Origin: Octopus vulgaris | Lineage: Eukaryota | Length of the DNA: 64,000 nucleotides | Direction: 5' to 3' | Assembly (NCBI GenBank): GCA_951406725.2 | Contig: CATOCA020000003.1 | Span: 1 to 64,000, forward strand | Part shown: piece by piece, positions 1 to 11,958 of the stretch | How the letters are laid out: the number at the start of each line of letters is the position of its first letter | Numbering within the stretch: position 1 is the stretch's first letter | Notes under the pieces: generated by a model | Databases searched by the model: none | Told to the model about the DNA's origin: nothing | What the model saw: the letters and a program-made list of their open reading frames with translations, nothing else | Translations under genes and position numbers: made by a program

Positions 1-10
1 TATATATATA

Positions 11-382
11 TGATTGATTGATTGATTCCAGTTTCAGCTCATGAGCTGTGGCCATGCTGGGGCACCGCCATTTGGTGTTGCTACTTGGTTTCACTTCATG
101 GAGGCTTTCTAGCAATTGCTATTTGGTGCATGAGAGAGTTCGATGCAGCTGCCCTCATCTGCCCCTCCTGCCGTGAAGTTGGTTCATCTGGGACACCTGA
201 CAGGAAGAGATCCAGCTCCATTTTAAAGACATCTGTATCCACCCCATGCAGGTCTCTCAGGTTCATCGGGAGGATATTGAAGAGCTGTGGGCCTCGGAAG
301 CCCAGGCTATCACAGAATCTTGTCCTACATCTTGATGGCAAGTTTGGAGTCCTAGGCACCACGCAGTGGCGCCCAGTTCTGG
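11..382 (-). mobile_element. 5'-truncated 3' end of CR1/L2-group LINE with (AATC)n tail
   Basis: Nearly identical to 27914-28290. Encodes ...[38 protein letters not shown]...VPDEP. Both ends abut (TA)n. Confidence 0.9.
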
Positions 383-394
383 GCGTATATATTA

Positions 395-476
<82 letters not shown>

Positions 477-486
477 TGTGTGCATG

Positions 487-527
<41 letters not shown>

Positions 528-542
528 GTATATGTATTTATA

Positions 543-682
543 CTTCCGGTCTTTCAAAATGTAACCTCGTGTGTACCGTTGGGTATTTTTTTTTCCTCTG
601 TCTTCCCTTCTTGGGATCTTTCCTTCTCCTATGTTTCCGACGAAGAGCTCCGCTTGAAACGTTAAACTCTCCTTCTTCCCGT
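543..682 (+). mobile_element. Solo 3' terminus of a Penelope-like element in (TA)n
   Basis: Pyrimidine-rich segment with a hammerhead-like motif. Ends CTTCCCG+(TA)n like the PLE termini at 25791 and 38768. Confidence 0.6.
633..667 (+). ncRNA. Minimal type I hammerhead ribozyme-like motif (U4C core)
   Basis: GTTT-CCGACGA-A-GAGC(tcc)GCTT-GAAA-CG-TT-AAAC. Stem I GTTT/AAAC; palindromic stem III AACGTT. Confidence 0.6.
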
Positions 683-719
683 ATATATATATGTATATGT
701 ATATATATGTATATACATG

Positions 720-754
<35 letters not shown>

Positions 755-805
755 GTGTGTATATATATGTGTATATATATATATATGTGTGTGTGTGTTT
801 ATATT

Positions 806-848
<43 letters not shown>

Positions 849-1129
849 GCACACCAGTGGAAGGGAAACTTCAGCTTGGAATGAACAAATACAATTACAT
901 AAAAGAGAGAAATACATGGTATATTGAGAAAAACAAGAGAGAAAAGCAAAACATATAAGACAAAAAATAAATATATTTAATTATCTCTAATTAACAAACA
1001 TTTTATTTCTAACTTTTACTTTTGTTTTCTTTCATCATGCATTTGTGAACAAAAATATAATTTGTTATAAGTTTCCAGTAGACCACTCAACACTTATGCA
1101 TAATTGAGATCAAGAAAACTCTATGAGAT

Positions 1130-1306
1130 TTTTTTTATTTATTCAGTTTCAGCTCACAAGCTGTGGCCATGCTGGGGCACCACCATTAACAATGTGCTAT
1201 GCTTACTGCACCGAGGTTTCCCAAGCGGTCACCCATCTAAGTACTGACTAGGCTTGACGTTGCTTAACTTCGGTGATGAGACGAGAACCGGTGCTTTCAA
1301 CGTGGC
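1130..1306 (-). mobile_element. 5S rRNA-derived SINE3-like element or 5S-LINE chimera
   Basis: Reverse complement of 1199-1306 is 5S rRNA (CCACGTTGAAAGCACCGGTTCTCGTC...GAAGTTAAGCAACGT...AGTACTTAGATGGGTGACCGCTTGGGAA), lacking ~10 nt at the 5' end. It is followed by the LINE-type 3' end GGTGCCCCAGCATGGCCACAGCTTGTGAGCTGAAACTG and an A-rich tail. Confidence 0.85.
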
Positions 1307-1382
1307 ATTTTTCAAAACCCAGCTATTACTATAAGTGAACTAGTTAAAACCAGGTTCTGCAACCAGTCAGCCTGAAGCTTAC

Positions 1383-1456
1383 CTTTCCATCTTCAGTAAT
1401 TGCCAATCGTAAAAAAAATTTCCTACATTGGGTTTCATAAAAATGCTTTGGGTTCT
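1383..1456 (-). other. Candidate coding exon (unassigned)
   Basis: TTAG| acceptor, AAG|GTAAGC donor, open frame ENPKHFYETQCRKFFLRLAITEDGK. Weak polypyrimidine tract; no recognised homology. Confidence 0.2.
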
Positions 1457-2049
1457 CTAAGGTTTAGAATGCAACTAAATCTCAGTAACCCAGAACATTT
1501 CTTTTACTTAGACTCTCATCTGACGGAGATCATCATTATAATCATCATTTTAACATCCAATTATCCATGTTTGCATGAGTCAAATGGAGTTTATTGAAGC
1601 AGATTTCTATTACCTTCCTGTCACCTATTTCCAAGCAAGGTAGCATTTATTTCCCCATCACTATGACATGTTCATGCAGAATATAAGAAATTAATTACAT
1701 TACTTGTATGACAGTGACAATCATTTATGACTATCATTTAATGTCAAGACAAGTGGACACACACACACACACGCACGCACACACACACACATGCACGCAC
1801 GCACGCACACACACACACACATTTGATGAGCTCCTTTCAGTTTCTGTCTACCAAATCCACTCACAAAGCTTTGATTGGCCTGGGGCTATAGTAGAAGACA
1901 CTTCCCCAAGATACCAGACAGTGGGACTGAACCCAAAACCATGTGATTGGGAAGCGAACCTCTTACCACACTGTCATGCCAGCACTGATAACCATGCCTG
2001 CATGTTCCTACTCAGTGAGACTAAATTTCAGAACATAGAGACGAACTAA

Positions 2050-2270
2050 ATATTGGTTTCAAATTTTGGTACAAGGCCAGTAATTTCAGAGGAAGGCGAA
2101 GTTGATTAAATCAACCCCAGTGCTCAACTGGTACTTATTTAATTGACTCCAAGTGGATGAAAGGCAAAGCTGACCAATGCAGAATTTGAACTCAGAACAC
2201 AAACACAGATGGAATGCTGCTAAGAATTTTGCTTGCTATGCTAACAATTCTGTCAGCATGACACTTTAGA
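2050..2270 (-). mobile_element. tRNA-derived SINE family B (representative copy)
   Basis: Consensus-like GAGCTGGCAGAATCGTTAGCA...TTCTGAGTTCAAATTC...GCCTTTCATCC...TAAGTACCAGTT...GGCCTTGTGCC. Further copies near 2370, 6320, 6862, 9715, 51150, 51357, 52108, 54190, 56136, 56865, 63488. Confidence 0.8.
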
Positions 2271-2714
2271 TGAACTAAATATTGTGAGGTATTTAGTCCA
2301 GCACCCTTCTCTATCAAATTGATCTTGTTTTCTATTGTTGTCCTCTTGACAAAATGAAGAAATTATAATTGTCTCTAATTTAGGCACAAGGCCAGCTGTT
2401 TTGCAGAGATAGGAGCTAGAGATAGTACCTAGTGGTACTTTTTTTCATTGACCTTGTCGGAATGACAGGCAAAGTTGACCTCAGCAGGATTTGAATTCTG
2501 AACTTAAAGGGAGCCCCCTAAGCATTTGAAAGAATTTAATTCATGGCTGCTCTTACTGCTAACCCCTCTTGTGCATCTTATATGTCAATATAAGGTCCTT
2601 CTTCTCTAACAACTTGCTTATAATCACACTGCTTCTATTGTACATCTATAGTTTACAGTGGGTACATGATATGAAATTCCAACCAACTCATTTTCTATGT
2701 GAATGATAATGCTT

Positions 2715-3070
2715 AAATGAAAGATGTTGATTATGTGAATGAAAACAAACGATTGAAAGAAAAAGATAATGTGAATAAAATGAAAAAGTGAAAAATGTTA
2801 ATGTGAATGAAAATAAAGAAATGAAAAATGATGATGCCAATGTGAATGAAAGTAAAGAAGAAAAAAAAGATGATGATAATACTGTAAATCAAAATGAAGA
2901 AGAGAAAGAAAATGATGTGAATGAAAATGAAGAGGTGATAGAAGATGATGCTAATGTGAAAGAAAATAAGGAAGAAATGAAAGATGATGATGACACTAAA
3001 TGAAAATGACAATGAAAAGTGAATGATAATGTGATTTAAAAGGAAAACATGATAGAAGTAGCCAGATGAA
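2715..3070. repeat. Degenerate ~39-bp purine-rich minisatellite
   Basis: Repeated GATGATGCYAATGTGAATGAAARTAAAGAAGAAA units. Confidence 0.7.
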
Positions 3071-3504
3071 AACAAATAATTCTGATATGATTAAAGTCCC
3101 TGAGACATGTGTGTGTGTGTGTGTGTGTGTAAGAAAATTCAAATTAAATCCTGAAAAAAAAAACAAAACAAGGGATCTAAAGACACACCCTAATAAGATT
3201 AAATACTCGGAAAAAGAAAAAGGAAAATCATATTGAAATATGTGTAAAAAATTTCACATATTTCACATAATTTATTTTTATTTATTTAATTTTCAAATAT
3301 TTATGGAAACCAAGCAAATAAACTAAAAGAAAAAATAAACCTGCAAAACATCCCCAAAAGTTAAAAGATAAGAAAGAAGGAAAATTATTACGTTGAGTAA
3401 GGAGTGAGATGAAGGATATTTCTTTAGATTAAAAAGAAACTGAATGATATAAATATATTAGATAATAGATAATACATACGTGTATATAAACACACATCTT
3501 TATT

Positions 3505-3864
3505 TTTTATCTTTTACTTGTTTCAGTCATTAGACTGCGGCCATATTGGGGCACACCTTGGATTTCTTTTAGTTGAAAGAATTGATCCTAGTACTTATTT
3601 TTTAAACCAGGTATTTATTCTGTCAGTCTCTTTTGCTGAACCACTATATTACAGGGATGTAAACACACCAACACTGGTTGTCAAGCAGTGAGTGGCGTGT
3701 CAAACACACACACACACATAATGGACTTCTTTCAGTTTCTGCTGACCAAATCCATTCAGAAGGCTTTGGTTGACCTGACACTTGCTCAAGATGTCACGCA
3801 GTGGAACTGAACCTAGAATCATCTGGTTGGGAAGCAAGCTTCTTACCACACAGCTACGCCTGCA

Positions 3865-3866
<2 letters not shown>
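3505..3866 (-). mobile_element. tRNA-derived SINE family A (LINE-type tail)
   Basis: Head with A/B-box-like motifs, central (CA)n, tail related to GTGCYCCAGCATGGCCACAGTCAAATGACTGAAAC. Copies near 1822, 5890, 18993, 41425, 47040, 50080, 53200-53985, 59200. Confidence 0.85.
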
Positions 3867-3906
<40 letters not shown>

Positions 3907-3908
<2 letters not shown>

Positions 3909-5604
3909 GACCCATTGTTGCCAGGTCATAGTGCTAGTGCATGTATATATGTGTATATATATGTGTACATATTACATGTACATCTATATATATATATACA
4001 TCTACACATAAAATACAAAGTTATATCTTGATATCGCTAGTGATAACAATACTCAAAATATATAACAGACTGGAATTGTAGGCCCGTCTCTTGCAATTTC
4101 GATCAATTGTATCTACTTCTGGGGGGACATTTTAAACTTTTATCCTGGACGTCCTACGTCCCAGATATAAAAGTGAAAATATAATATTTCCACTATGCAA
4201 GGTTCGAGTTGAGTACTTCCTTGCACGCTCCGTTGACTCGAACCTTGCTTCTATTGTGGCGAATTTACCGCGTCTGGTTAGATATATTTCATAGTCGCAC
4301 CAAGACACTTTTTGATAGTGCTTTCCTCCAGGTGTTCAAATCATTTTTTTTCCTCTACATTGTATACTTTATGGACAATAGTCTTTTCTTTTATTTAATT
4401 TTTTTATTTCGTTTGGTGGTGTTATCCTAGATTCACCGTCTTTGTTGGTGATCAATCCGAAATAGGTTTGTATTTCTTCCATTTTAATTTTAATGAGTTC
4501 GCACCCGCCGACAGCTGCAGCGAAATTCATTTTTGGACTTTCTTCTATCGAAGGCATTCTAACAAAAATGCTTCTGTATAAACGGTGAAAATATTGTCAG
4601 TTTCCCCAAACAGGGACACAATTCAATTTTTAAACAATAACCAAAGCTCCTTCTCCCAAAGGGGGAGGGTTACGGTTTACAATTATTTAACAAATGCAAC
4701 ACAACAACATTTCCCTTTCGAGGAACCAACAAACGTGATAACAATAGTTAAGCAGTAATAATAATAACAACAAACCTTACGGTGAATCAAAAAGCAGTAC
4801 GCAGTTGAGGCTATAGTCCTTTATGTATAAGAAGTAAACCAACAGCAGTACTCAGTAGAAGCGGCTGTTCGAGAAAACAGATATTACATACAGCCAAACT
4901 TCATATAGATACTTAATGCTAGCTAATTAGCAGATAATCTAATGTAAAAGCCGTGGTAAACGGTATGTGCACAGCTCCATCTGGACTTTTCCATTTCTGC
5001 ACACTAGTTTTATTTTTAATTTATTCCCATTCATGTGAAACCACTTATTCAAGTTCAAGTCATTGATGCAATTTTATACCAATTGCAATTTTTACTTTTG
5101 TTATGTTATGATTTAATTATTATATTATACTTTATTTTGATTTTAATTATTACTTACTACTTATAATTCAATTGTTATTATTATCTCTAATTTTTATTGT
5201 TAAAGTGAAAGTATCTGACATAAAATAGAGAAATGTTTTTGTTTCACTTTTAACATGTAATACTGAAATAGTGGAGAAGATATGATATTGCCATGGGCTC
5301 GCCCTAGGCAAGAAGTTGAATATTGTTTTTGCCCATGAAACTACATGGACCCTAAGTAAGGCATGTGTAAAATTTGAATGAAATTGGTTGTGTAGTTCTC
5401 AAGTTTTAGGGAATCATAGTGGAGAAGATATGATATTGCTGTGGGCTCGCCCTAGGCAAGAAGTTGAATATTGTTTTTGCCCATGAAACTACATGGACCC
5501 CAAGTAGGGCATGTGTAAAATTTGAATGAAATTGGTTGCGTAGTTCTCAAGTTTTAGGAAAACACACAAACAGACACACATTCTCAGTTTTATATATATA
5601 GAGA
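3907..5604 (-). mobile_element. Non-autonomous Helitron, long copy
   Basis: Homologous at both ends to 59385-60113. 5' TC end near 5604 and 3' hairpin at 3909-3928; terminal CTAG lost at the TA tract. Internal 148-bp tandem duplication at 5268-5560. Confidence 0.8.
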
Positions 5605-7339
5605 TATATACACACACACACACAAATATAGAAATTTTTTAACTTAGCATTTTTTTCTTCTGCCTTTAATTGCTTAGTCAAAGAGCAAGACCAACATTCA
5701 CTCAAATATTTCCCCAGTAAGGTGGGTAGAATAAAGGCAAAATGTTACTTTCAGACAGAGACTTAACCTGAATATTCAGAACCAAGTGGATTCAGGACTG
5801 CCCGAAAGACATCCAAGTGCTGAGTAGAGACATTAAGGTGAGCATCACATTACAATTCCTCTCCATCACCACTACCAAATTTTTAAAAAGGCACAACAGG
5901 TAGACAGTGTTTAAGGAGGTTGCTTTGTGACTACATGGTTTGGGGTTCAATCCCATTGCATGGCACCTTGAGCAAGTGAGTTTGACTGAAGAGTGAATCT
6001 AATAGATGGAAAGTGTGTGGAAGTTCAATTGTGTGTATGTATATGTGTATGTGTGTACGTACATGTGTATGTATGTATGTATGTATGAACGTGTGTTATT
6101 GTGTCTGTCTGTTCACACCAACAGCTTCACAACTAATGCTGGTTTGTTTGTGTTACCAAAACTTAGCAGTTTGGCAAAGACGACTAATAGAATAAGCATC
6201 AGGCTTAAAAAAAAAAGGAAGTCATAAGGTCAATTTATTTGACTGAAACCCTTGAAGACAGTGCCCCAGCATGGCCACAGTCCAGTGACTGAAACAAGTA
6301 AAAATACATAAGAGAAGATATTGGTTTTAAATTTTGGTACAAGGCCAGCAATTTCAGGAGAGGGTGCAAGTCAATTACATCAACCCCAGCGCTCAACTGG
6401 TACTTATTTTAATGACCTTGAAAGGATGAAAGGCAAAGTTAGCCTCAGTGGAAATTGAACTCAGAATGAAATGCCACTAAGTATTTTACCTAGTGTGGTA
6501 ACTATTCTGCCAGCTTGCCACCTTACAATAAGAGAAAATATTAAAATATATTTTTTCTTTTAATAATTTCAATCAATTTATTGTGATTGTCCATAGACAA
6601 TGTCATGTAAAGCTGAGTCGAACCCAATTGCATATCTGCCACTAGGGCACATGAATCATTTTTAACTACTATTACCCAGTATCTTTTGGTCTTAGGTTTT
6701 CTTTATAACCCAGGCCCCAACCAGTCTGATATAGATTTAATTGGTAATCGTAGTGTCATCCATCCCTTTTCCAGGATAGGGATGCTACTGGTCTGTTGGC
6801 TATCAGGAATTTTGTCATCCACTTTGAGAAGTTTTCTGTTTTACAAAATTTCTGAGTGCCCATAAGGTGGTGAGCTGGCAGAATCATTAGCATACGGGAC
6901 ACAATGCTTAACTACATTTCTTCTGGCTCTTATATTTTGAGTTCAAATTCTACCAAGGACAACTCTACCGTTCATCCTCTTTGAAAGAATGACCTTTCTC
7001 CTTGGCATCATCCTCATCATCATTTTAATATCCACTTCTCCATGCTTGCATGGGTCAGAGGAAGTTTATGAAGACAACTTTTCTATGTCTGGATGCTTTT
7101 CCTATTGCTAACCCTCACCTGTTTTGAAGCAAGGTTTTATTTTACCATGGCCAAATATATTCTGGCAGAATATGAGAAATAAATGATACCGCTAATATGA
7201 CAGTGATACTCATTTACAACTATCATGTGACATCAAGACAAGGATACCACACACACACATATGTTAATTGTGAAGGATGATGCTTGAGCTGTGAAATCTT
7301 TTAACACTTCTTATTGATAACTGCATTGTTTCTTTCCAG

Positions 7340-8292
7340 GCAAACTGACATCTTACTGTTCCAAGAAGTCTTCAAAAGAAATTAGTAGAGACTTCTCTTG
7401 AAAATGGACAAAATTTGGTATCATGATGTTATCAAGTACCTGCAGGAAAAGGGTTTAGTCCCCAAGGACATTCATGCTGACATGGTTACTACATTAGGGG
7501 ATGATACTTCAGCTTTATCAGTTGGACTAAAGTGGGCAACTGAGTTTAGGAGAGAGTCTTGAAGATGACCCATGATTTGGATGTTCTGCAACTGCTATCA
7601 CTAAGGAAAACATTGACTGTGGTGATGGATGACAGGCAATTGACTATAAATAGCCAATGCTATTAGAATATTCCTTGAGAGAGTTGAGAATATTCTGCAC
7701 AATGAACTTGACGTGAAGATGCCACATCTTCTGACACCTGATCAAAAGTGCACCAGGCTGATCACATCATGGGAAAATCTGACATTGTTTGTGGCAGATC
7801 CAGCTGGTTTCCTTTAACGTTTCCTGACCCAGGTTGTTGTTAGGTTCATCACTTTGGCCTCAATTGGATCAAAGTGAGATGTGTTTATTGACTCTCTTCA
7901 AAGGGGCCACCCACTCAATGAAGAGTACTACACCAACTTTGTGAAGCAGTTACGAAAGGTGATCAGGATCAAACACCCAAGAAAACTGATGAAAGTCCTT
8001 GGTTTCAATGGCTACTGTGCATGAGTGGCTCCCTATTATCTTGATTTTGCCCATCTGACTATCATCTGTTCTTCAATTTAAAAAAAACACTTGACTGGAA
8101 ACCTGTAATGATGAAGTAATATCTGCTGCTGATGAATTTTTCACTAACAAGATGAAAGCTTCTTCACCAATGAAATTCAACCACTGCAACACCGATGGAA
8201 GAAATAAATGGACTACAACGGGGACTATGTTGAAAATTAAACCTCATTTGGTCACATTGGTCAGCCTATGAACTTCTCAGCTGAACCTCATA
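7340..8292 (+). mobile_element. Degenerate mariner transposon (transposase pseudogene)
   Basis: Frameshifted translation VIKYLQEKGLVPKDIHADMVTTLGDD...ESLEDDP... and C-terminal PSDYHLFFNLKK...LQHRWKK...GDYVE, followed by a TIR-like end and TA. Confidence 0.85.
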
Positions 8293-8379
8293 TGTACATA
8301 CATACATACATATACAACATACATATGTATATTGTATATGTATATATGGTCAAGTTTACATAAGGTACATAAATTTCAT

Positions 8380-8580
8380 GTAGCTGCACACCAGTTGTAC
8401 ACAGGAAAAGTACAGTTTCAGGCACTATTATCATTCATCATGCTGAAAACCGATCTTGAGTACAATTTGGCAAGTAGCTATAAGAAAACTAAGTGGCTGA
8501 TTGCTTGAGTTTTCATTCTGATGAATGCTAATGCAGTGAACCATTGTACTTTTCCTAAGTTCAGTTGGTATGCAATTGTA
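8380..8580. mobile_element. Old MITE-like foldback
   Basis: Imperfect ~70-bp inverted repeats (AGGAAAAGTACA...CATTCATCA...TGAAAAC versus its complement). Confidence 0.55.
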
Positions 8581-8802
8581 CCATCAGAAACTTAAGTGGC
8601 CCTTCTGTATCCTAAGTACTATATAGAGAACATGTCAAATTCTTCTATGAACTGCATTCTTGTAACCAGTTGAAAATTGTTCATATAGTATTCATACATA
8701 TTGTGTGTGTGTATTTATATATGTAAAATATACAGGATGGTGAATATTTTTAGAAATTTCACCTCCAGTGGCCTAGCATGTATAAAAAGTCAATAGACAA
8801 CA

Positions 8803-9072
8803 TATTCTCAATATAAAATAATGTACATTTAAACACAAGAGAAAATTACCTTTAACAGGTAATTTTTACATGCAGTCAAAATGACCAAAACCACATTTAA
8901 GAGCAATATACCCCTCATGACTACCCATGGTAGTCCCAAGGGTAGAAACCTTTCGAAAATTGCTCTTAAATGTGGTTTTTGTCGTTTTGACTGCTTCTTC
9001 TAGCATGTAAAAATTACCTGTTAAAGGTAGGTTTCTCTTGTGTTTAAATGCACATTATTTTATATTGAGTAT
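8803..9072. repeat. TA-flanked inverted repeat (~105-bp arms, ~50-bp spacer)
   Basis: CTCAATATAAAATAATG...CCACATTTAAGAGCAAT mirrored by ATTGCTCTTAAATGTGG...CATTATTTTATATTGAG. Confidence 0.9.
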
Positions 9073-9284
9073 ATATATATAATAATATGTCTGTTTGAAT
9101 TTACAAATAGGAAGGGAAGGGGAAAATAAGTAATACAATAAGGAGAGTTAATATGTATCTTTGTTTCATAAGTGTTATATGAAATATGTGAGAGTAAAGA
9201 TTAGCAATTTTTTTTACTGCTTCAAAATTAAAAAGAACAAATATATTTTGATATAAAATAATAATAATAATGATAATAATAATA

Positions 9285-9680
9285 AGCAAATATTCTGCTC
9301 AATACCACAAATTTGCTTGTCAGTTGTTTGACCGTAACCAGTTGAGCATGTTCCTTGGTGGCTGATGATATGTGGATCTCTGATCACAAGAAGAAGTAGT
9401 GGGGGAGCATCATAGCCATGTGTTGAGAGGAATTCTTTGGGGTTTGAATAATTCACCTTTTGAAACATCAGTGTTTTGTTCAACATCCTTAAACACCCCT
9501 TATTCAGGGACCTTTTGAGTGGGATGGGCTACTCAACTTGAAGGAAATTGTAAAGTAGGCCCCACCTGCAAGGTCATATGCCGTTAATCTTGATATGAGA
9601 TCACCATGCCATGCACATATGGTTGTGATGCCTGTGCCTGGTGTACCCTTGTGCCATTTTGATGGCATGCACTGCTCTCT
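9285..9680 (+). mobile_element. Interspersed repeat family embedded in (AAT)n
   Basis: Second, inverted copy at ~51555-52080. Both are flanked by (AAT)n; possibly Dong/R4-related (inference). Strand is arbitrary. Confidence 0.7.
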
Positions 9681-9681
9681 C

Positions 9682-9714
<33 letters not shown>

Positions 9715-10052
9715 TATCCTTTCTACTATAGGCACAAGGCCTGAAATTTGTGGGGAAGGGACAAGTTGATTACATCGACCCCAGTGTTTTAAGGCAAAGT
9801 TGATCTCAGCAGAATTTGAACGCAAAACACAGAGGCAGATAAAATACTGCTAAGCATTTCGTCCGGCATGCTAACAGTTTTGCCATAATAACAATAACTT
9901 GGAACTGCATGCATATTGTGTTAATTACTATCTGTCTGAAGTCCTTGTTGTGACTTGACAAACAATACAAACCCCTAGTAAACACAATATTTTCAACCTC
10001 ACGATATTGTATACTGTGCAACGTCTACAATAATAATGATAATAATAATAAT

Positions 10053-10400
10053 ATGTACTGGGACATTTTGGTATATGCAGACAGAACCATCAAAGCTAAT
10101 AAACAGGATATTGATATAAAAGACCAAAATAATAATGTTTGTTTATTGATTGATATGAGTATCCCTTGTGATCACAATATGGTGATCATAATATTGCAAG
10201 CTCAGAAAATATAAAGATTTGCTGATTGAAATCAAAAAATTGTGGCATCTCAAGGAGGTTACAATACCAGTGATTGCAAGGAATGATCGGATAAGGAACT
10301 GAAAATTATTTGATACCTGGCTTACCATGCATGAAAAAGTGGAAAGATTTTTTTAAACTAGTATGACACAAGTGTTGAGAAGAGCATTGTTGCTGTGAGA
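10053..10400 (+). mobile_element. Dong/R4 LINE remnant (restriction-like endonuclease domain)
   Basis: YWDILVYADRTIKANKQDIDIKD...LLIDMSIPCDHN...KYKDLLIEIKKLW...IPVI, next to (AAT)n. Confidence 0.8.
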
Positions 10401-10796
10401 ATGATTACCATCCCATGTAAATAATTTTTTTGCATGTGACTTTATTTGATTTTGTAAATGAACAATCAGGTGTGTTTATTTTAATGACATGTGTACAGTG
10501 AGTTTCTTTGCCTATGTATTGAGAAGATGCATGACAAGAAATAGAAACAAATTTGAAAGAATTAAAATAATAATATTTATGTGTGTGTGTGTGAGAGTGG
10601 ATGTGTGTATCTGTCTGTTAGTGCAGTAATACATTATCCTAAAGAAGAATCTGGGCCAATCAAAGTATTGTACTGAATGCAAAAACATGAAAGATTTGGT
10701 TAATAGTAGTCTGGAAATATCAAATGATTCTTTACATGGAAAACTTTACAAAGAAAGAAAGAAGTAGAAAAATAGAAAGTAAAACTCCGAACTTAC

Positions 10797-10827
10797 ATTT
10801 GCGCAACATTCTTAGGAAGGTAGGATT
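10797..10827 (-). other. Candidate 31-nt microexon
   Basis: Pyrimidine-rich tract ending TTTTCCCCAG| AATCCTACCTTCCTAAGAATGTTGCGCAAAT |GTAAGT. Confidence 0.35.
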
Positions 10828-11039
10828 CTGGGGAAAAGTATCCCATGATGCAAAAGGGGAGAAAAGTCAGCCATTTATGGTTTATATTTTCCTTTCTGCT
10901 TTTTTTTTGTTTTTTTTTATAAAAGCATTTCATTTTTTTTCTTTTCTTTTGCTTATCTTAAACCAGCTCCAATTATTTGCAACCATTTTCAGACTGGCCC
11001 TGCACCGATTATGTTTACTGTTATAGGAGATTGGGGTTA

Positions 11040-11088
<49 letters not shown>

Positions 11089-11201
11089 CATATATATATA
11101 CACATATATATATATACATATATACACATATATATATATATACATATATATATACATATATACATATATATATACATATATACATATATATACATATATA
11201 T

Positions 11202-11241
<40 letters not shown>

Positions 11242-11342
11242 ATATGTATATATATATACATATATACATATATATACATACATATATCTATATATATATA
11301 TGTGTGTGTATATATATACACAAACATATATATATATATATA

Positions 11343-11426
<84 letters not shown>

Positions 11427-11742
11427 CATATATATATATATACTTCAGTGGTGTACCACAGGATGAAACAGGGTGTGCTGAATATTAAAAATATTGATAA
11501 CAATGAATGGAATTTTATATTAATAATAAATGATGCAATCATCTTAAATAAACAGTATACGCTTAAGAAGGTACTGCTAACATTTTAACAGGAATTGCTA
11601 TAAGACATTATAAGCACCAATTTGAGTTCAGAAAGAAGTAGAATTCATTCTAATAAACAAGCCATGAACCTATAGTTGCTTGCTGAGTGAAGATGCTAAA
11701 TGGATTATACTACAAAGTTTTATTTCAACTGTTCATTTAAAG

Positions 11743-11958
11743 CAGTGTTTCTCAACCATTTTACTCAGATGGAACCTCCTAGCTATTCAATGTTAAAAAA
11801 TATTGTATTATATTTTCATTGTTAAATACTATTAGGAATTGCATTAAAAAATTGTTAGAATATTGTAGAATTATAACCAATTTATTGCACATAAATTTTA
11901 ACAATAAAATCATATAAGGATCCCTATAGGCCATATGGACCCCAGTTGAGAACCACTG
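11743..11958. mobile_element. hAT (Charlie-like) MITE
   Basis: TIRs CAGTGTTTCTCAAC/GTTGAGAACCACTG; perfect 8-bp TSD ATTTAAAG. Confidence 0.9.

Noticed and set aside
1199-1306. Functional 5S rRNA gene
   Set aside because: Solitary, 5'-truncated, no oligo-T terminator, and fused to a LINE tail.
8516-8545. CTGATGA hammerhead candidate
   Set aside because: No GAAA or stem III; it lies in a MITE arm.
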